Notes: generated by a model from the sequence alone, not told the origin. A stretch of DNA of 64,000 nt from Candidatus Bathyarchaeia archaeon (GCA_049512935.1 JBEKWR010000001.1:157791-221790); one strand, 5' to 3'; shown: positions 10,385-20,211, numbered from the stretch's first letter. Translations and numbers: made by a program.

Positions 10385-10852
10385 ATGGCAAGCTTAAACG
10401 CGGAAAAACAAGATGACCTAAAGGTTTTCAGCGAGCTGAAAGGCAACACGTTGCGGGTTTACCTGCTCTTGGTCGAAAACCAAGGCCCGATGGGAGTCAG
10501 GGAGGTCCAGAAGAAGCTGGAGTTTTCAAGCCCGACTTTGGCGGCTTATCACCTTGAGAAACTTGAGAATCTGGGGTTGGTCCACAAGGCTTCAGGCGGG
10601 TACGTTTTAGCCCGGGAGGTAAAGGTAGGCGCTCTTTCCCAAGTTGTAAAGTTCGGGTCGCTGCTTTTGCCAAGGTACGTTTTCTACACGGTCCTGTTCT
10701 CCGCCATGCTAGCATGCTACCTTGCCGTTGCATGGATTGAAGGAAGCCTCACGTTTAACCTTGCCAGTGGGTTTGCAGTTCTGCTCGGGATTTCAGTCAT
10801 CGTGGTCATGGTCTACGAGTGCCTGCGAATAGTCACGCAAAGGCCTTTTTAG
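10385..10852 (+). CDS. Winged-helix regulator with C-terminal TM helices
   Basis: GVREVQKKLEFSSPTLAAYHLEKL wHTH plus two TM segments. Confidence 0.8.
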   Translation: MASLNAEKQDDLKVFSELKGNTLRVYLLLVENQGPMGVREVQKKLEFSSPTLAAYHLEKLENLGLVHKASGGYVLAREVKVGALSQVVKFGSLLLPRYVFYTVLFSAMLACYLAVAWIEGSLTFNLASGFAVLLGISVIVVMVYECLRIVTQRPF

Positions 10853-10915
10853 CGTGTACAATTATTTTGCGCCTTTGTACAAAAACGTTGGATTATATAC
10901 CTCTTTCAAACACTC

Positions 10916-11773
10916 ATGGGCAGGTGCACCTGCATGTCGGTTGACGTAAAAGCAATCATCCAGAACATAATAATCGCGTTGCTGACGGCTGCAGGACTGT
11001 TCTGTTCCATACTGCTTCTCACTTATTCTTGGGTGAAAATCGCCGCCATCGTAGCCATACTGATTCCGGGAGCATTCTGGCTGGTTGCTCACGGTCGCGT
11101 CAAAAGAATATTCAAGTACGTAGTCATTGCGACTCTGATTTTTGCCATAGTCTTTGGCTCTTTTGAAAGCTTCCTGCTTTTGAATGCCGGTTACCCATCA
11201 ACCAACGTGGCTCAAGCAGGCGGAACGGCAGGCTACACCTCCATACTCAATCTTTCATTAACCCAACTGATTCAAGGGATAGAAAAAAGCTCAACGTACG
11301 CTTTGCTTACGGCAGAGCATGGGAAAACGATTCCTGAGTCGATCACGCTTGACTCCTCGTCGTTTCCAGAGTGGGTTGAGGTGGATTTTTACGGTGAAGG
11401 CTCAAACACGTATCTGGCGTTTATGGCGCCGACTGCGGGAAGCCAGTACCACGTTGAGGTCGCAACGTACAGCAGCCAACTCCTGTCGCTACCTTACGTG
11501 CAGTCGTCTTCACAGCAGGAATTCGGCGAAATCGACGCCAAAGGGCTACAATCTTTTTACAACCTTGCTTTACAGTTAGCCCAGAACAGAACAGGCACAA
11601 CGCCCAAAATCGACGGTTTGGCTCTTACAATGACCGTTGAGGACAGGATTTACATGAGTTATGAGGGCATAACGGTTCAGATCGTCGGCAGCTATCAGGG
11701 TCAAAGCACGTTGATTTGCGATTTTGAGCCCGACGGCACTTTAATTTACATGTCGCAGCCCGCAGCAGCCTAA
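10916..11773 (+). CDS. Membrane-anchored hypothetical protein
   Basis: Three N-terminal TM helices, Ser/Thr-rich extracellular part; start may be 10934. Confidence 0.7.
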   Translation: MGRCTCMSVDVKAIIQNIIIALLTAAGLFCSILLLTYSWVKIAAIVAILIPGAFWLVAHGRVKRIFKYVVIATLIFAIVFGSFESFLLLNAGYPSTNVAQAGGTAGYTSILNLSLTQLIQGIEKSSTYALLTAEHGKTIPESITLDSSSFPEWVEVDFYGEGSNTYLAFMAPTAGSQYHVEVATYSSQLLSLPYVQSSSQQEFGEIDAKGLQSFYNLALQLAQNRTGTTPKIDGLALTMTVEDRIYMSYEGITVQIVGSYQGQSTLICDFEPDGTLIYMSQPAAA

Positions 11774-11823
11774 AAGGTTTATTTTGCACAAGCAAGCCAT
11801 TCTTATTGATGCGAGGTTTGCTT

Positions 11824-13194
11824 ATGGAGCGCTTTGACGTTATCGTTATCGGTTCAGGATCAGGAATGCTGGTTGCCTCAGCCGCCGTTGACCAAGGGTT
11901 AAGGGTTGCGCTGGTTGAGCATGGAAAAATGGGGGGGACATGCATAAACGTGGGTTGCATTCCCTCTAAAATGCTGATTTACCCGTCAGATGTAATCGCC
12001 GCCATCAACTCGGCGGGAAAACTAGGCGTGCATGCAACCGTGGACTCGGTGGATTTTAGCAACATCTTGACTAGGATGCATGAGCTTGTTAACGAGGACT
12101 CGGGGCATCAGGCGTTGGCGGTGGAAGCCACGTCTAGTCTGGTCTGGTTTAAGGAAACAGGCGAGTTCATCTCCGACTACACCATGCAGGTCGGCGCGCA
12201 CACGATCACCGCCCCAACCATCTTCATCGCGTCAGGCGCACGCACCGAGGTGCCGCCGATCAAAGGCATAGACAAGATAGCTTACTTGACAAGCGACACG
12301 GTTTTGCAGCTTCAAGCGGCGCCTAAAAGCATCTTGATCGTTGGCGGAGGCTACGTGGGCATGGAGTACGGACACTTCTTCTCAGGCATCGGCACAAAAA
12401 CAACCATACTGCAGCGACCCGACCACGTCTTGCCCGACGAGGAACCAGAAATCAGCGAGCTGTTGAAGAAGGAATCGCAGCAACGCATGGAGATCTACAC
12501 GGGATTTGAGGTTTTGGAAGCCAGCCAGGAAGGCCAAACCAAGACGCTTGTTGCAAGAAACCGCCATGATGAAAGCCGAAGGGAGTTCAGCGCTGAAGCA
12601 GTGATGATTGCCACTGGCAGAACCTCCAACGCGGACGTTTTGAAACCACAAAAAACTGGGGTGCAACTTGACGAGCGCAACTTCATAAAAGTAAACGAGT
12701 TCCTTGAAACCAGCAAGAAGAACATTTGGGCTTTCGGCGACGCCATAGGCAAACAAATGTTCAAGCACGTAGCCAACTACGAAGCAGGAACAGTTTGGCA
12801 CAATGCGTCCCACGGCCACAAGGTTCCGATGGATTTCTCAGCCGCACCCCACGCAGTCTTCACGCACCCGCAGGTTGCCTCCGTCGGCTTAAAAGAAGCA
12901 GAAGCCAAACAACAGCACAAAATTCTCGTTGGAACCGCTCTCTACAAGGATACAGCCATGGGCGCCGCTATGGGTTTTCCTGAAGGCTTCGTCAAGGTGA
13001 TTGTTGAGGCTGAAACGGGCAAAATCCTCGGCGGGCACATCATCGGTCCAGAAGCTTCGATGCTGATCCAAGAAATCGTTAACGCGATGGTTTCTGAAAC
13101 TGGAAGCTTCGCGCCAATCGCCCAAGCTATGCATATTCACCCATCCATGACCGAGGTAGTTCAGAACGCCTTCGGCAACCTCAATCCAGCATAA
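11824..13194 (+). CDS. Pyridine nucleotide-disulfide oxidoreductase (dihydrolipoamide dehydrogenase/mycothione reductase family)
   Basis: GSGSG FAD motif, GGTCINVGCIPSK redox-active disulfide, GGGYVG, C-terminal HIHPS..E. Confidence 0.92.
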   Translation: MERFDVIVIGSGSGMLVASAAVDQGLRVALVEHGKMGGTCINVGCIPSKMLIYPSDVIAAINSAGKLGVHATVDSVDFSNILTRMHELVNEDSGHQALAVEATSSLVWFKETGEFISDYTMQVGAHTITAPTIFIASGARTEVPPIKGIDKIAYLTSDTVLQLQAAPKSILIVGGGYVGMEYGHFFSGIGTKTTILQRPDHVLPDEEPEISELLKKESQQRMEIYTGFEVLEASQEGQTKTLVARNRHDESRREFSAEAVMIATGRTSNADVLKPQKTGVQLDERNFIKVNEFLETSKKNIWAFGDAIGKQMFKHVANYEAGTVWHNASHGHKVPMDFSAAPHAVFTHPQVASVGLKEAEAKQQHKILVGTALYKDTAMGAAMGFPEGFVKVIVEAETGKILGGHIIGPEASMLIQEIVNAMVSETGSFAPIAQAMHIHPSMTEVVQNAFGNLNPA

Positions 13195-13271
13195 CCAAAA
13201 ACCCCGTTTTTTGGAAATGTAAAAAGTTATATTATCCCGCAAGCAACTGTCTATAGCAGAGTTGTTTTATC

Positions 13272-13556
13272 ATGAACATTTCCAAAGTTGCAGGTAAAAA
13301 CAATAAACACAAGGTTTTCGTCTACGCCCTAAGCACATGTGTATGGTGCAAACTAACAAAACAGTACCTAATCGACAACAACATAGAATACGAATACGTC
13401 GACGTGGACCTATGCGCAGAGGAAGACAAGCAGAAAATCCGCGACACCATCACAAGCAAAGGCGGCATGCTCAGCTACCCCACAACAATCGTCGACGACA
13501 AGGTCGTAATCACCGGGTTCCGCAAAGACCAACTTAAGGAGTCACTTGAAATTTGA
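13272..13556 (+). CDS. Glutaredoxin/NrdH-like protein
   Basis: STCVWC, SYPT, ITGF motifs. Confidence 0.9.
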   Translation: MNISKVAGKNNKHKVFVYALSTCVWCKLTKQYLIDNNIEYEYVDVDLCAEEDKQKIRDTITSKGGMLSYPTTIVDDKVVITGFRKDQLKESLEI

Positions 13557-14107
13557 TTACCCTTGAGGAGGTCCGCAGAAGAGCCGAAGCCGACGCTAAA
13601 ACCTACGGTTACTACCTTACTCCTCAACAGGATCTTCTGCAGGGATTCCTTGAAGGGCTAAAGACGAATGAGGACCGATACGGGTACCCGCTGTGCCCAT
13701 GCAGGCTCACCTCGGGCAACTTCGAATTCGACCGCGACATAATTTGCCCTTGCGACTACCGTGACCCAGACGTCGCCCAGTACGGCTCCTGCTACTGCCG
13801 ACTCTACGTGAACAAGAAAGTTTACGAAAGCCAAAACCTGCCTGAAGTCCCAGAGCGGCGACCACTGGACAAGCAGGCAAGAGCTTACGGAGGCGAAGCA
13901 GCAGCCAAATCCACGCCAGCGGGAGGAACACAGGAAAAACAGCCGACAACGGCTAAAGCTGAGTCGACGGTTAAAAAGAAGCTTTGGTACTGCAAGCAGT
14001 GCGGTTATGTGGTGTTCAGGGAGGATCCGCCGTACGTTTGCCCTGTGTGCAAGGCGAAAAGAGAAATGTTTGCTGAAATAGAGAGTTCAGTGGAGTTCAA
14101 CGGCTAA
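13553..14107 (+). CDS. Ferredoxin:thioredoxin reductase catalytic subunit fused to rubredoxin-like domain
   Basis: CPC, CPC and CYC FTR motifs; C-terminal CKQC...CPVC. Confidence 0.9.
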   Translation: MITLEEVRRRAEADAKTYGYYLTPQQDLLQGFLEGLKTNEDRYGYPLCPCRLTSGNFEFDRDIICPCDYRDPDVAQYGSCYCRLYVNKKVYESQNLPEVPERRPLDKQARAYGGEAAAKSTPAGGTQEKQPTTAKAESTVKKKLWYCKQCGYVVFREDPPYVCPVCKAKREMFAEIESSVEFNG

Positions 14108-14259
14108 GGCTGTTTTTGGATTTCTATCTCAATTTTTTTCCAGTCGTCTTTTATTCCGCGCAGCGAAGTGACCGCGCCCATTATTGTTCCGCTCAAGATT
14201 TTTTCCACAAACTCGTTCAGGGGTATTTCTTTTCCGTCAACTTTCAGTTTTAAACTCAA
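14104..14259 (-). CDS. Small protein (51 aa) resembling MobB C-terminal domain; below ORF-track cutoff
   Basis: TTG start after AGGTGA SD: MSLKLKVDGKEIPLNEFVEKILSGTIMGAVTSLRGIKDDWKKIEIEIQKQP. Confidence 0.7.
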   Translation of the reverse strand: MSLKLKVDGKEIPLNEFVEKILSGTIMGAVTSLRGIKDDWKKIEIEIQKQP

Positions 14260-14325
14260 CTCTCTCACCTGGAGGTATTGCATAGTAAAGTTGGAAGGTT
14301 AAAAGTTTCTGTGCCAGGAGGCGTC

Positions 14326-14892
14326 TTAGATTCTTGGCGAGGACGGTTTAATGGTGACCCTAAGCTTAGTCAGGTTCTCTTTTATCTCGGCTTTGACGCC
14401 CATGGCTGAAAAGTACTCTTCGAGGAAGACCCTGATGAAGTCTTTGGACATCTCCGAAACCAACACAAGCGTATAGTCGTTTGGAGCGTTCCTTGTCAGC
14501 CGATAAAAGTTGCAGACCTCAAGCCGCGCAAGCATTTCTTCCGGCGAACGAACCTTTGTCCTAAGCTGCTCCCAATGAGCACGGGCTAGCTCCTTATGAG
14601 CGCTCCAGAACTTGTCCTTTTCAGGCGAAGAAGCAATCAGGCTAAGAAACATGAGCCAGTGGTCAACGTCTAAAATCACGTGCTCGCCGCCGAGCAGCAT
14701 GTCCATGTAGCCGTGGATTTTCTTTTTGACCGCCGGGTCTTCAAGCGCCTTGTTTTCGTTGTAGAATTTGAGGGCGCGCCGCATGACTTCGCTCTGTGAG
14801 ACTTCTGACTCGGTGCTTATTTTTTCCAGCAGGTCGGCTGTTGTTTTATCGAACGCCACCGTTATTCTTGTCGGGTTAACCATGAATGCCAC
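14326..14892 (-). CDS. Ribbon-helix-helix (CopG) regulator with C-terminal ligand-binding-like domain
   Basis: RITVAFD...SQSEVMRRAL RHH. Confidence 0.8.
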   Translation of the reverse strand: MAFMVNPTRITVAFDKTTADLLEKISTESEVSQSEVMRRALKFYNENKALEDPAVKKKIHGYMDMLLGGEHVILDVDHWLMFLSLIASSPEKDKFWSAHKELARAHWEQLRTKVRSPEEMLARLEVCNFYRLTRNAPNDYTLVLVSEMSKDFIRVFLEEYFSAMGVKAEIKENLTKLRVTIKPSSPRI

Positions 14893-15104
14893 TCTACATT
14901 AATTTAACATATTTTCAGATTATTGAAAATTATATAAACATTTCGCCGCTGATGGAAAGTTTAAACTTAGCAAATTTGAAGGTTAACCTGCAATTTACTA
15001 AACAATTGTTAAAATGGCAGAGACGTTAGGGGTCAAAAATCTTTTATTCCCGCCTCTTCCTAATCCAATTATGCAAGTTGCTTATGTTACTTAGAGGCAT
15101 CATA

Positions 15105-15764
15105 ATGAAGAGACCAGAAATTTACCTTGAACCGAAACAGCGCGTGGCAAAAATCATTGAGCTGCTTGAAAAGCAGTACCCCGACGCAAAAACCGCCCTG
15201 AACTACTCCAACCCGCTGGAGATGCTTGTCGCCACCATGCTTTCAGCGCAAACGACAGATGTGAGAGTCAACATTGTCACCAAAAGCTTGTTCAACAAGT
15301 ACAAGACGCCTGAAGACTACGCAAACGCTGACATAAAGGAGCTGGAGCAGGACATTCATTCAACAGGGTTCTACCATAACAAAGCCAGAAACCTGCAGAA
15401 ATGCTGCCGAATGCTCGTTGAGAAGTACCGTTCTCATGTGCCAAAAACCATGGATGAGCTTTTGGAGTTGCCTGGCGTGGCGAGAAAAACCGCAAACATA
15501 GTATTAAACAACTCTTACGGAATCATCGCTGGCGTAGCCGTCGACACCCATGTCCACAGGCTTTCACAGCGACTCGGGTTAACCGAGAATGAAGACGCCG
15601 CGAAAATAGAGCAGGACCTCATGCAAATCACCCCGAAAGAGAAATGGATGAAACTCACCGACCTGCTGATTCTCCACGGAAGACAAGTTTGCATCGCAAG
15701 AAAACCCAAATGCGAAGCCTGCGTCCTAAACAAGATTTGCCCCTGCGCCTTTACCTTCGGCTAA
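15105..15764 (+). CDS. nth: Endonuclease III
   Basis: LSAQTTD, LPGVARKTAN HhH, VDTHV, Cx6Cx2Cx5C 4Fe-4S. Confidence 0.96.
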   Translation: MKRPEIYLEPKQRVAKIIELLEKQYPDAKTALNYSNPLEMLVATMLSAQTTDVRVNIVTKSLFNKYKTPEDYANADIKELEQDIHSTGFYHNKARNLQKCCRMLVEKYRSHVPKTMDELLELPGVARKTANIVLNNSYGIIAGVAVDTHVHRLSQRLGLTENEDAAKIEQDLMQITPKEKWMKLTDLLILHGRQVCIARKPKCEACVLNKICPCAFTFG

Positions 15765-15818
15765 AAAACAGCACGCATTTATACACCTTCACATTTCCTA
15801 AAGTTAGGACTTGGTCTT

Positions 15819-16298
15819 ATGACAACCACGGTTAAAGTTGGAGACAAGGCACCAGATTTCACTTTGCCTGACACAGAAAAGAAACAGAGAAGCCTGAAAG
15901 AGTTCATCGGGCAAAAAATCGTTTTAGCGTTCTTTCCAGGCGCGTTTACTGCAACATGCACAATGGAGATGTGTGAGTTCCGCGATTCAATGTCTAGGTT
16001 CATCGATTTGAAGGCGCAGGTCATTGGAATAAGCGTAAGCGACCCGTTCAGCAACAAGGCTTTCGCGGAAAAAAACAGGCTGCCTTTTCCAATTCTAAGC
16101 GACTACAAACGTGAAGTCATCAAAACCTACGGGTTGGAACTGTCTAACTTTGCCGGACTCAACGGCTACACGGCTGCGAAACGCTCAATCTTCATCTTAG
16201 ACCCGAAGGGAATCGTAAGGTACGTTTGGGTTTCAGACAACCCAGCGGTCGAGCCGAACTACATGGAGATTCAGAAGGCTCTGGAAGAAATCATGTAG
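15819..16298 (+). CDS. Peroxiredoxin (BCP/AhpC-TSA family)
   Basis: APDFTL, FFPGAFTATCT.EMC, R..F..D. Confidence 0.92.
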   Translation: MTTTVKVGDKAPDFTLPDTEKKQRSLKEFIGQKIVLAFFPGAFTATCTMEMCEFRDSMSRFIDLKAQVIGISVSDPFSNKAFAEKNRLPFPILSDYKREVIKTYGLELSNFAGLNGYTAAKRSIFILDPKGIVRYVWVSDNPAVEPNYMEIQKALEEIM

Positions 16299-16441
16299 GC
16301 GTAGGCTTCTTCTTCATGAGCGCCGTGTAGAAGAATTGAACATGCCCGTCGCCCTCCATTGACGTGTAATGCCGAAGCTGTTGTATCTCGAACAAGCCAG
16401 AGAACAGATCAATAATCTGTCGCCGCCTGTCGCCTTCTGCT

Positions 16442-16666
16442 TTATCGTTTTCTCTGAGCTGAACGGTTGTACTCAATCATCAAACACCTGTCCATGACGA
16501 CAATCAAACCCGCGCGCCTCCCAGCTTCGGCAGCTTCTTCGTTGACTATTCCAAGCTGCATCCAAACCGCGAAAGGCTTGTGCACCAGCTTAAGGGCGCT
16601 TATGTTAACTACGCTTTTGGTTACCTTCTCGATAGTGTCTAAAATGGCCTGCTCGTCATAAGACAA
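16442..16666 (-). pseudogene. Chimeric remnant: HtrA-like N-terminus joined to CoA-binding protein C-terminus
   Basis: EKVTKSVVNIS (HtrA-like entry motif) followed by AVWMQLGIVNEEAA...VVMDRC (YccU/CoA-binding C-terminus). Confidence 0.55.
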
Positions 16667-16720
16667 GTGGATCCCTCAAAACCTGTGGGACTTCGCTTTA
16701 ATAAATATTAAACAGCCAAG

Positions 16721-17110
16721 TTAACGGCAGAAAAAGCAGTTCTCCGCCCATTCCTGAGGCATTTCGTTTTGGCAGTTTGGGCACATTAACCCATTTCTTC
16801 TGACGGCTTGGCACGTTTGACAGAACAGCCTGAGCACTTCCGCCTTGTTGTTTGGCTCACGTATAAGACTGGTCACCATCTGATTTATCAGCGTCAGGAT
16901 TTCAGCCGAACTTTCGATTGTACGCAGCACATTTCCCCTCTCATTATTCACGTACCTACTTACGGCTGACTGTGACAGCCCCAAAAGTTCAGCGGTTTGC
17001 TGTTCATTCAACCCGTGGTTTGTGACGATTTCTCTCGCCATAATAGCCTTTACTGCAGGCAAAACAGTTTTTACCCCTACCTCGCACGGAAGTATCAAGT
17101 TCGGCACCAA
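16721..17110 (-). CDS. HTH transcriptional regulator (COG2522-like)
   Basis: PCE, GLSQSAVSRY...RG, C-terminal Cys cluster. Confidence 0.85.
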   Translation of the reverse strand: MVPNLILPCEVGVKTVLPAVKAIMAREIVTNHGLNEQQTAELLGLSQSAVSRYVNNERGNVLRTIESSAEILTLINQMVTSLIREPNNKAEVLRLFCQTCQAVRRNGLMCPNCQNEMPQEWAENCFFCR

Positions 17111-17143
17111 TTAGGGTTAATTCTGGGGAAAACCTATTTAAAC

Positions 17144-17251
17144 ATGACGCCTGTCATATGTTATGACGCGTGTCATGATGGGCTACCAAATTGCAAAAAT
17201 TGAAGTTTTACTGCAATCTCTTACTCCTTCCCCCGTCATGACACGCGGCAG
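17144..17251. promoter_or_regulatory. Palindromic operators between divergent regulators
   Basis: ATGACGCCTGTCAT (17144), ATGACGCGTGTCAT (17163) and degenerate ATGACACGCGGCAG (17238), next to TTTAAA box at 17137. Confidence 0.6.
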
Positions 17252-17278
17252 CATACTCGCCTAGGAGATAAGAAATAA

Positions 17279-18226
17279 ATGGGCAATGTCCTAACTCAAA
17301 CCAGAAAGACAGAAAACAACCGCGACCTAACAGGAATGCTAAAGACTCTCGATGCGGAATGCAGAAACTGCGCTCCAATCACTCCCTTAGAATGCATAAA
17401 CCGATGTCAAGTGTACAAGCTCAAAAATGAACTCAGAAAACTACGAGAAACAATGGATAATCCAAACTACATAAAAGAACTCTTCAACGTCCTCAAAAAC
17501 GAGACAAGGCTCCACATCCTTCAAGCAATAGTAAACGGCAGGTACTCAGTAAGCCAACTGCAGCAGGAACTCAAAAGAACGGGTCACAGCCACAGCCAAG
17601 ACACCATAAACGAAGAGTATTTGCGACCGCTAATGGCGGTAGGTCTCGCCACCGAGATGCGAAACGAATACTACGCAACTACCTTCGGAGGACGACTGAC
17701 CGAGCTGCTCGGGGTCTTCCCTGAATTCGTTGAGATGCTTCCAGCTCACTCGGAATGCTACGAAGAAATCCTTCTACAATCTTTATTGTCGGGACCAAAG
17801 ACCTTTGAAGAGATTGAAGCCTTGATTTCGCCGAAGATCGCTTCGCGAATCCTCAAACGGTTGCGTGCGGTCGGCTTGATAGAAACGCCTGAGGAGAGGG
17901 ATTACATCTTTTTCTTCAAGTCAAAACGAGACCCAATCAAAGAAAACTTTTCAGCTACTGAACGTAAAGTTTACGAAACCATCGCGGATGAAGGAATTTC
18001 CGCTGGGAAGCTTGCGAAGGAAACAGGGCTTTCCATGAGAAGAACTTACAAGTACCTTAGAGGCTTGAAGGGCAAAAAACTTGTGTTTATTAGAAGAACG
18101 CCGAAAGCCTATGGGTTAACCTGCAAAGGCGAAATGTTGGCTTCGGTGCTTAAGGAGCTTCAGCAGATAGTTGAGGACACATGGTGCTCTTCTGAACAGG
18201 TCATGCAGAGCAACATCAACTCTTAG
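17279..18226 (+). CDS. Multi winged-helix regulator with N-terminal Cys cluster
   Basis: CRNC...C...C then several wHTH-like segments (NETRLHIL; LAKETGLSMRRTYKYL). Confidence 0.8.
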   Translation: MGNVLTQTRKTENNRDLTGMLKTLDAECRNCAPITPLECINRCQVYKLKNELRKLRETMDNPNYIKELFNVLKNETRLHILQAIVNGRYSVSQLQQELKRTGHSHSQDTINEEYLRPLMAVGLATEMRNEYYATTFGGRLTELLGVFPEFVEMLPAHSECYEEILLQSLLSGPKTFEEIEALISPKIASRILKRLRAVGLIETPEERDYIFFFKSKRDPIKENFSATERKVYETIADEGISAGKLAKETGLSMRRTYKYLRGLKGKKLVFIRRTPKAYGLTCKGEMLASVLKELQQIVEDTWCSSEQVMQSNINS

Positions 18227-18256
18227 CAAACAATCTTCTCTGTTTTTTTGTTTCGT

Positions 18257-18742
18257 TTATCCTCCGCCGGGAGCCCCGTGAAACGGCGCGTTTTCCCAGA
18301 GGAGTTTCCACCAGTCATCTTCTGTGATGGTTTCTCCGTGAATAATGATTTCTAAAACCATCTTGAGCATCTCGTGATGTCTGTGTTCGTCGGCTAATAT
18401 GGAGTTCAAGAGGAAAACGACTTTCTTGTCTTCGATGGTTGGGATCTTAGTTTCAAGTTTCTTGATGAGCTCAGACTCTATTTCTATGTGTTTTTCCACG
18501 AGTCTTCTCTGCTCATCCAGGTTATCCTGGTTTAACGCGGTGGAAGCCGCAGACAAAAGAGTAACGGCTGACATGTAGAGTTCCGCATGCTTTATCGAAT
18601 CAAGCGAGACACCCATCAAAACACCCTTAACAGCTGGATTCTTCATTTCACGCAGCGGTTTCTCAAGGGAAGCCACTATTTCTTTTTCAACAGTAATCTG
18701 GTTTTTCAAGAAATCAATAAGATTGCCTTTTGGTTTTTCCAT
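18257..18742 (-). CDS. Ferritin-like diiron domain protein
   Basis: DSIKH and DEHRHH motifs in a four-helix pattern. Confidence 0.8.
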   Translation of the reverse strand: MEKPKGNLIDFLKNQITVEKEIVASLEKPLREMKNPAVKGVLMGVSLDSIKHAELYMSAVTLLSAASTALNQDNLDEQRRLVEKHIEIESELIKKLETKIPTIEDKKVVFLLNSILADEHRHHEMLKMVLEIIIHGETITEDDWWKLLWENAPFHGAPGGG

Positions 18743-18765
18743 AAAATTCTCCCATCCGATTAGTG

Positions 18766-19227
18766 TTAAGCCTTGCTCATCAAGTTTTCGGCGGTTCTTT
18801 TTCCCAGGTCTCTACAGTCGTTAAGCGTCTTTTGGTCGGGCAGATACCGCGCCAGCAGAGGCGGTTCCACAACTTGCATTTCAAACTTGTACTTCATAAT
18901 CTCTAGAACCAGTTTAGGCGCTTCACCGGTCCACCCGTACGAACCGAACGCTGCGCCCACTTTACCCTTTAGATTTAAACCTTTGACGGCGGCTTCCTCG
19001 AAGAGGTTTTTGAAGTCAAGTGCCATCTCATGGTGATAAGTAGGCGTCCCGACGAGTATTGCGTCGTAACTGATTAGTTCTTCGGGGTCAACGTGAAAGT
19101 TCAACTCCACCCTGACGTCGTCACTGATTTTTGCGCCGTCAGCTACCGCCTTAGCCATCCTTTCGGTGTTACCAGTTCTGCTGTAATACAAAACAAGAAT
19201 TTGCTTCATAAAGATAAAATGCGACAA
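18766..19227 (-). CDS. Flavodoxin-domain protein
   Basis: YYSRTGNT, GTPTY, AFGSYGW; start likely ATG at 19209. Confidence 0.9.
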   Translation of the reverse strand: MSHFIFMKQILVLYYSRTGNTERMAKAVADGAKISDDVRVELNFHVDPEELISYDAILVGTPTYHHEMALDFKNLFEEAAVKGLNLKGKVGAAFGSYGWTGEAPKLVLEIMKYKFEMQVVEPPLLARYLPDQKTLNDCRDLGKRTAENLMSKA

Positions 19228-19319
19228 AATACTATTTCAACATTTTGCTGGAATGAAAGGCAAATAAAAGTTGATACGCTAAAGACCAAATTAAGAAAAG
19301 CTGAATTTTTCGGAGGAAA

Positions 19320-19583
19320 TCATTCTATTTTTCCTATTTCCTTGGTTATGTCTATCGGCGACTTATAGGTCTTGTTGGGCAGCTTGCCTAGCATGTCCAT
19401 AACGTCTTCTGGCGCCTTCTTACCCGTTGCAATGTCCACAAGCGCTTTCTTTTCAGCCGGAAAGTGTATTCCGGCAAGATATTTCTCAACGATTGCTGGA
19501 CTTACGTGCCCAGGCTTAACGCTCCTGCTTGTGTATTGCTTTCTCGACCCTCTACCTTGACCGATCCCTTTACGCCTTGCCAT
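19320..19583 (-). CDS. DUF2795-like protein
   Basis: YLAGIHFPA.K..L...A...AP..V...L..LP...Y.SP pattern. Confidence 0.75.
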   Translation of the reverse strand: MARRKGIGQGRGSRKQYTSRSVKPGHVSPAIVEKYLAGIHFPAEKKALVDIATGKKAPEDVMDMLGKLPNKTYKSPIDITKEIGKIE

Positions 19584-19658
19584 TTGGGTTTCTTGCCTAC
19601 TCGTTGTTTTTCACCTCCAAACTCTAAAACAAGTCATTACAAAAAATTGCTCAAGCGT

Positions 19659-19829
19659 TCATTCTTCTTCATGCTTCTGTCCAGCCATAATGAGCCTTCG
19701 AACCTTTTGCCCACCCTTGCTGCCTATTTCACTGTAGAATTCGGGTCCGTGAGTCTCAGCCGTCCTCTCACCGCCCATACGCCCAGCCTCCTTAACAGTC
19801 ATCTTACCCTTCCTTCTGCCTTCACTCAA
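19659..19829 (-). CDS. GsiB/Em (LEA group 1, KGG-repeat) stress protein
   Basis: GKMTVKEAGRMGG...EFYSEIGSKGG; TTG start after GGAGGTGA. Confidence 0.85.
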   Translation of the reverse strand: MSEGRRKGKMTVKEAGRMGGERTAETHGPEFYSEIGSKGGQKVRRLIMAGQKHEEE

Positions 19830-19959
19830 AAACACGTCACCTCCGAGCACGCAGAGAAACTAGCAAAATCGCAAACTGTCATCATCAATCATTCCTGTTT
19901 CTTGATTTAGAAATCAGGACCCGTTTTGGAGCGCGGAATACGAGGATAAAGTTGGAAAG

Positions 19960-20211
19960 TTACTCTTCTTCATGTTCTTTTCCGGCTTGAATAAGCCTTC
20001 GAACCTTTTGGCCCCCTAAATGCCCTGCCTCCTCAAGGCTGGTTTTCCCCTTCGCTTCCGGAGTGCCCTCATGCTGTTTGGCTCTCTGAGAACCACCTTT
20101 GCTCCCAATCTCACTGTAAAATTCAGGTCCATGGGTCTCAGCCGTTTTCTCACCGCCCATACGCCCAGCCTCTTCAACAGTCATCCTTCCCTTATTTTTG
20201 CCTTCACTCAA
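19960..20211 (-). CDS. GsiB/Em (LEA group 1, KGG-repeat) stress protein
   Basis: MTVEEAGRMGG...EFYSEIGSKGG; TTG start after GGAGGTGA. Confidence 0.85.
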   Translation of the reverse strand: MSEGKNKGRMTVEEAGRMGGEKTAETHGPEFYSEIGSKGGSQRAKQHEGTPEAKGKTSLEEAGHLGGQKVRRLIQAGKEHEEE

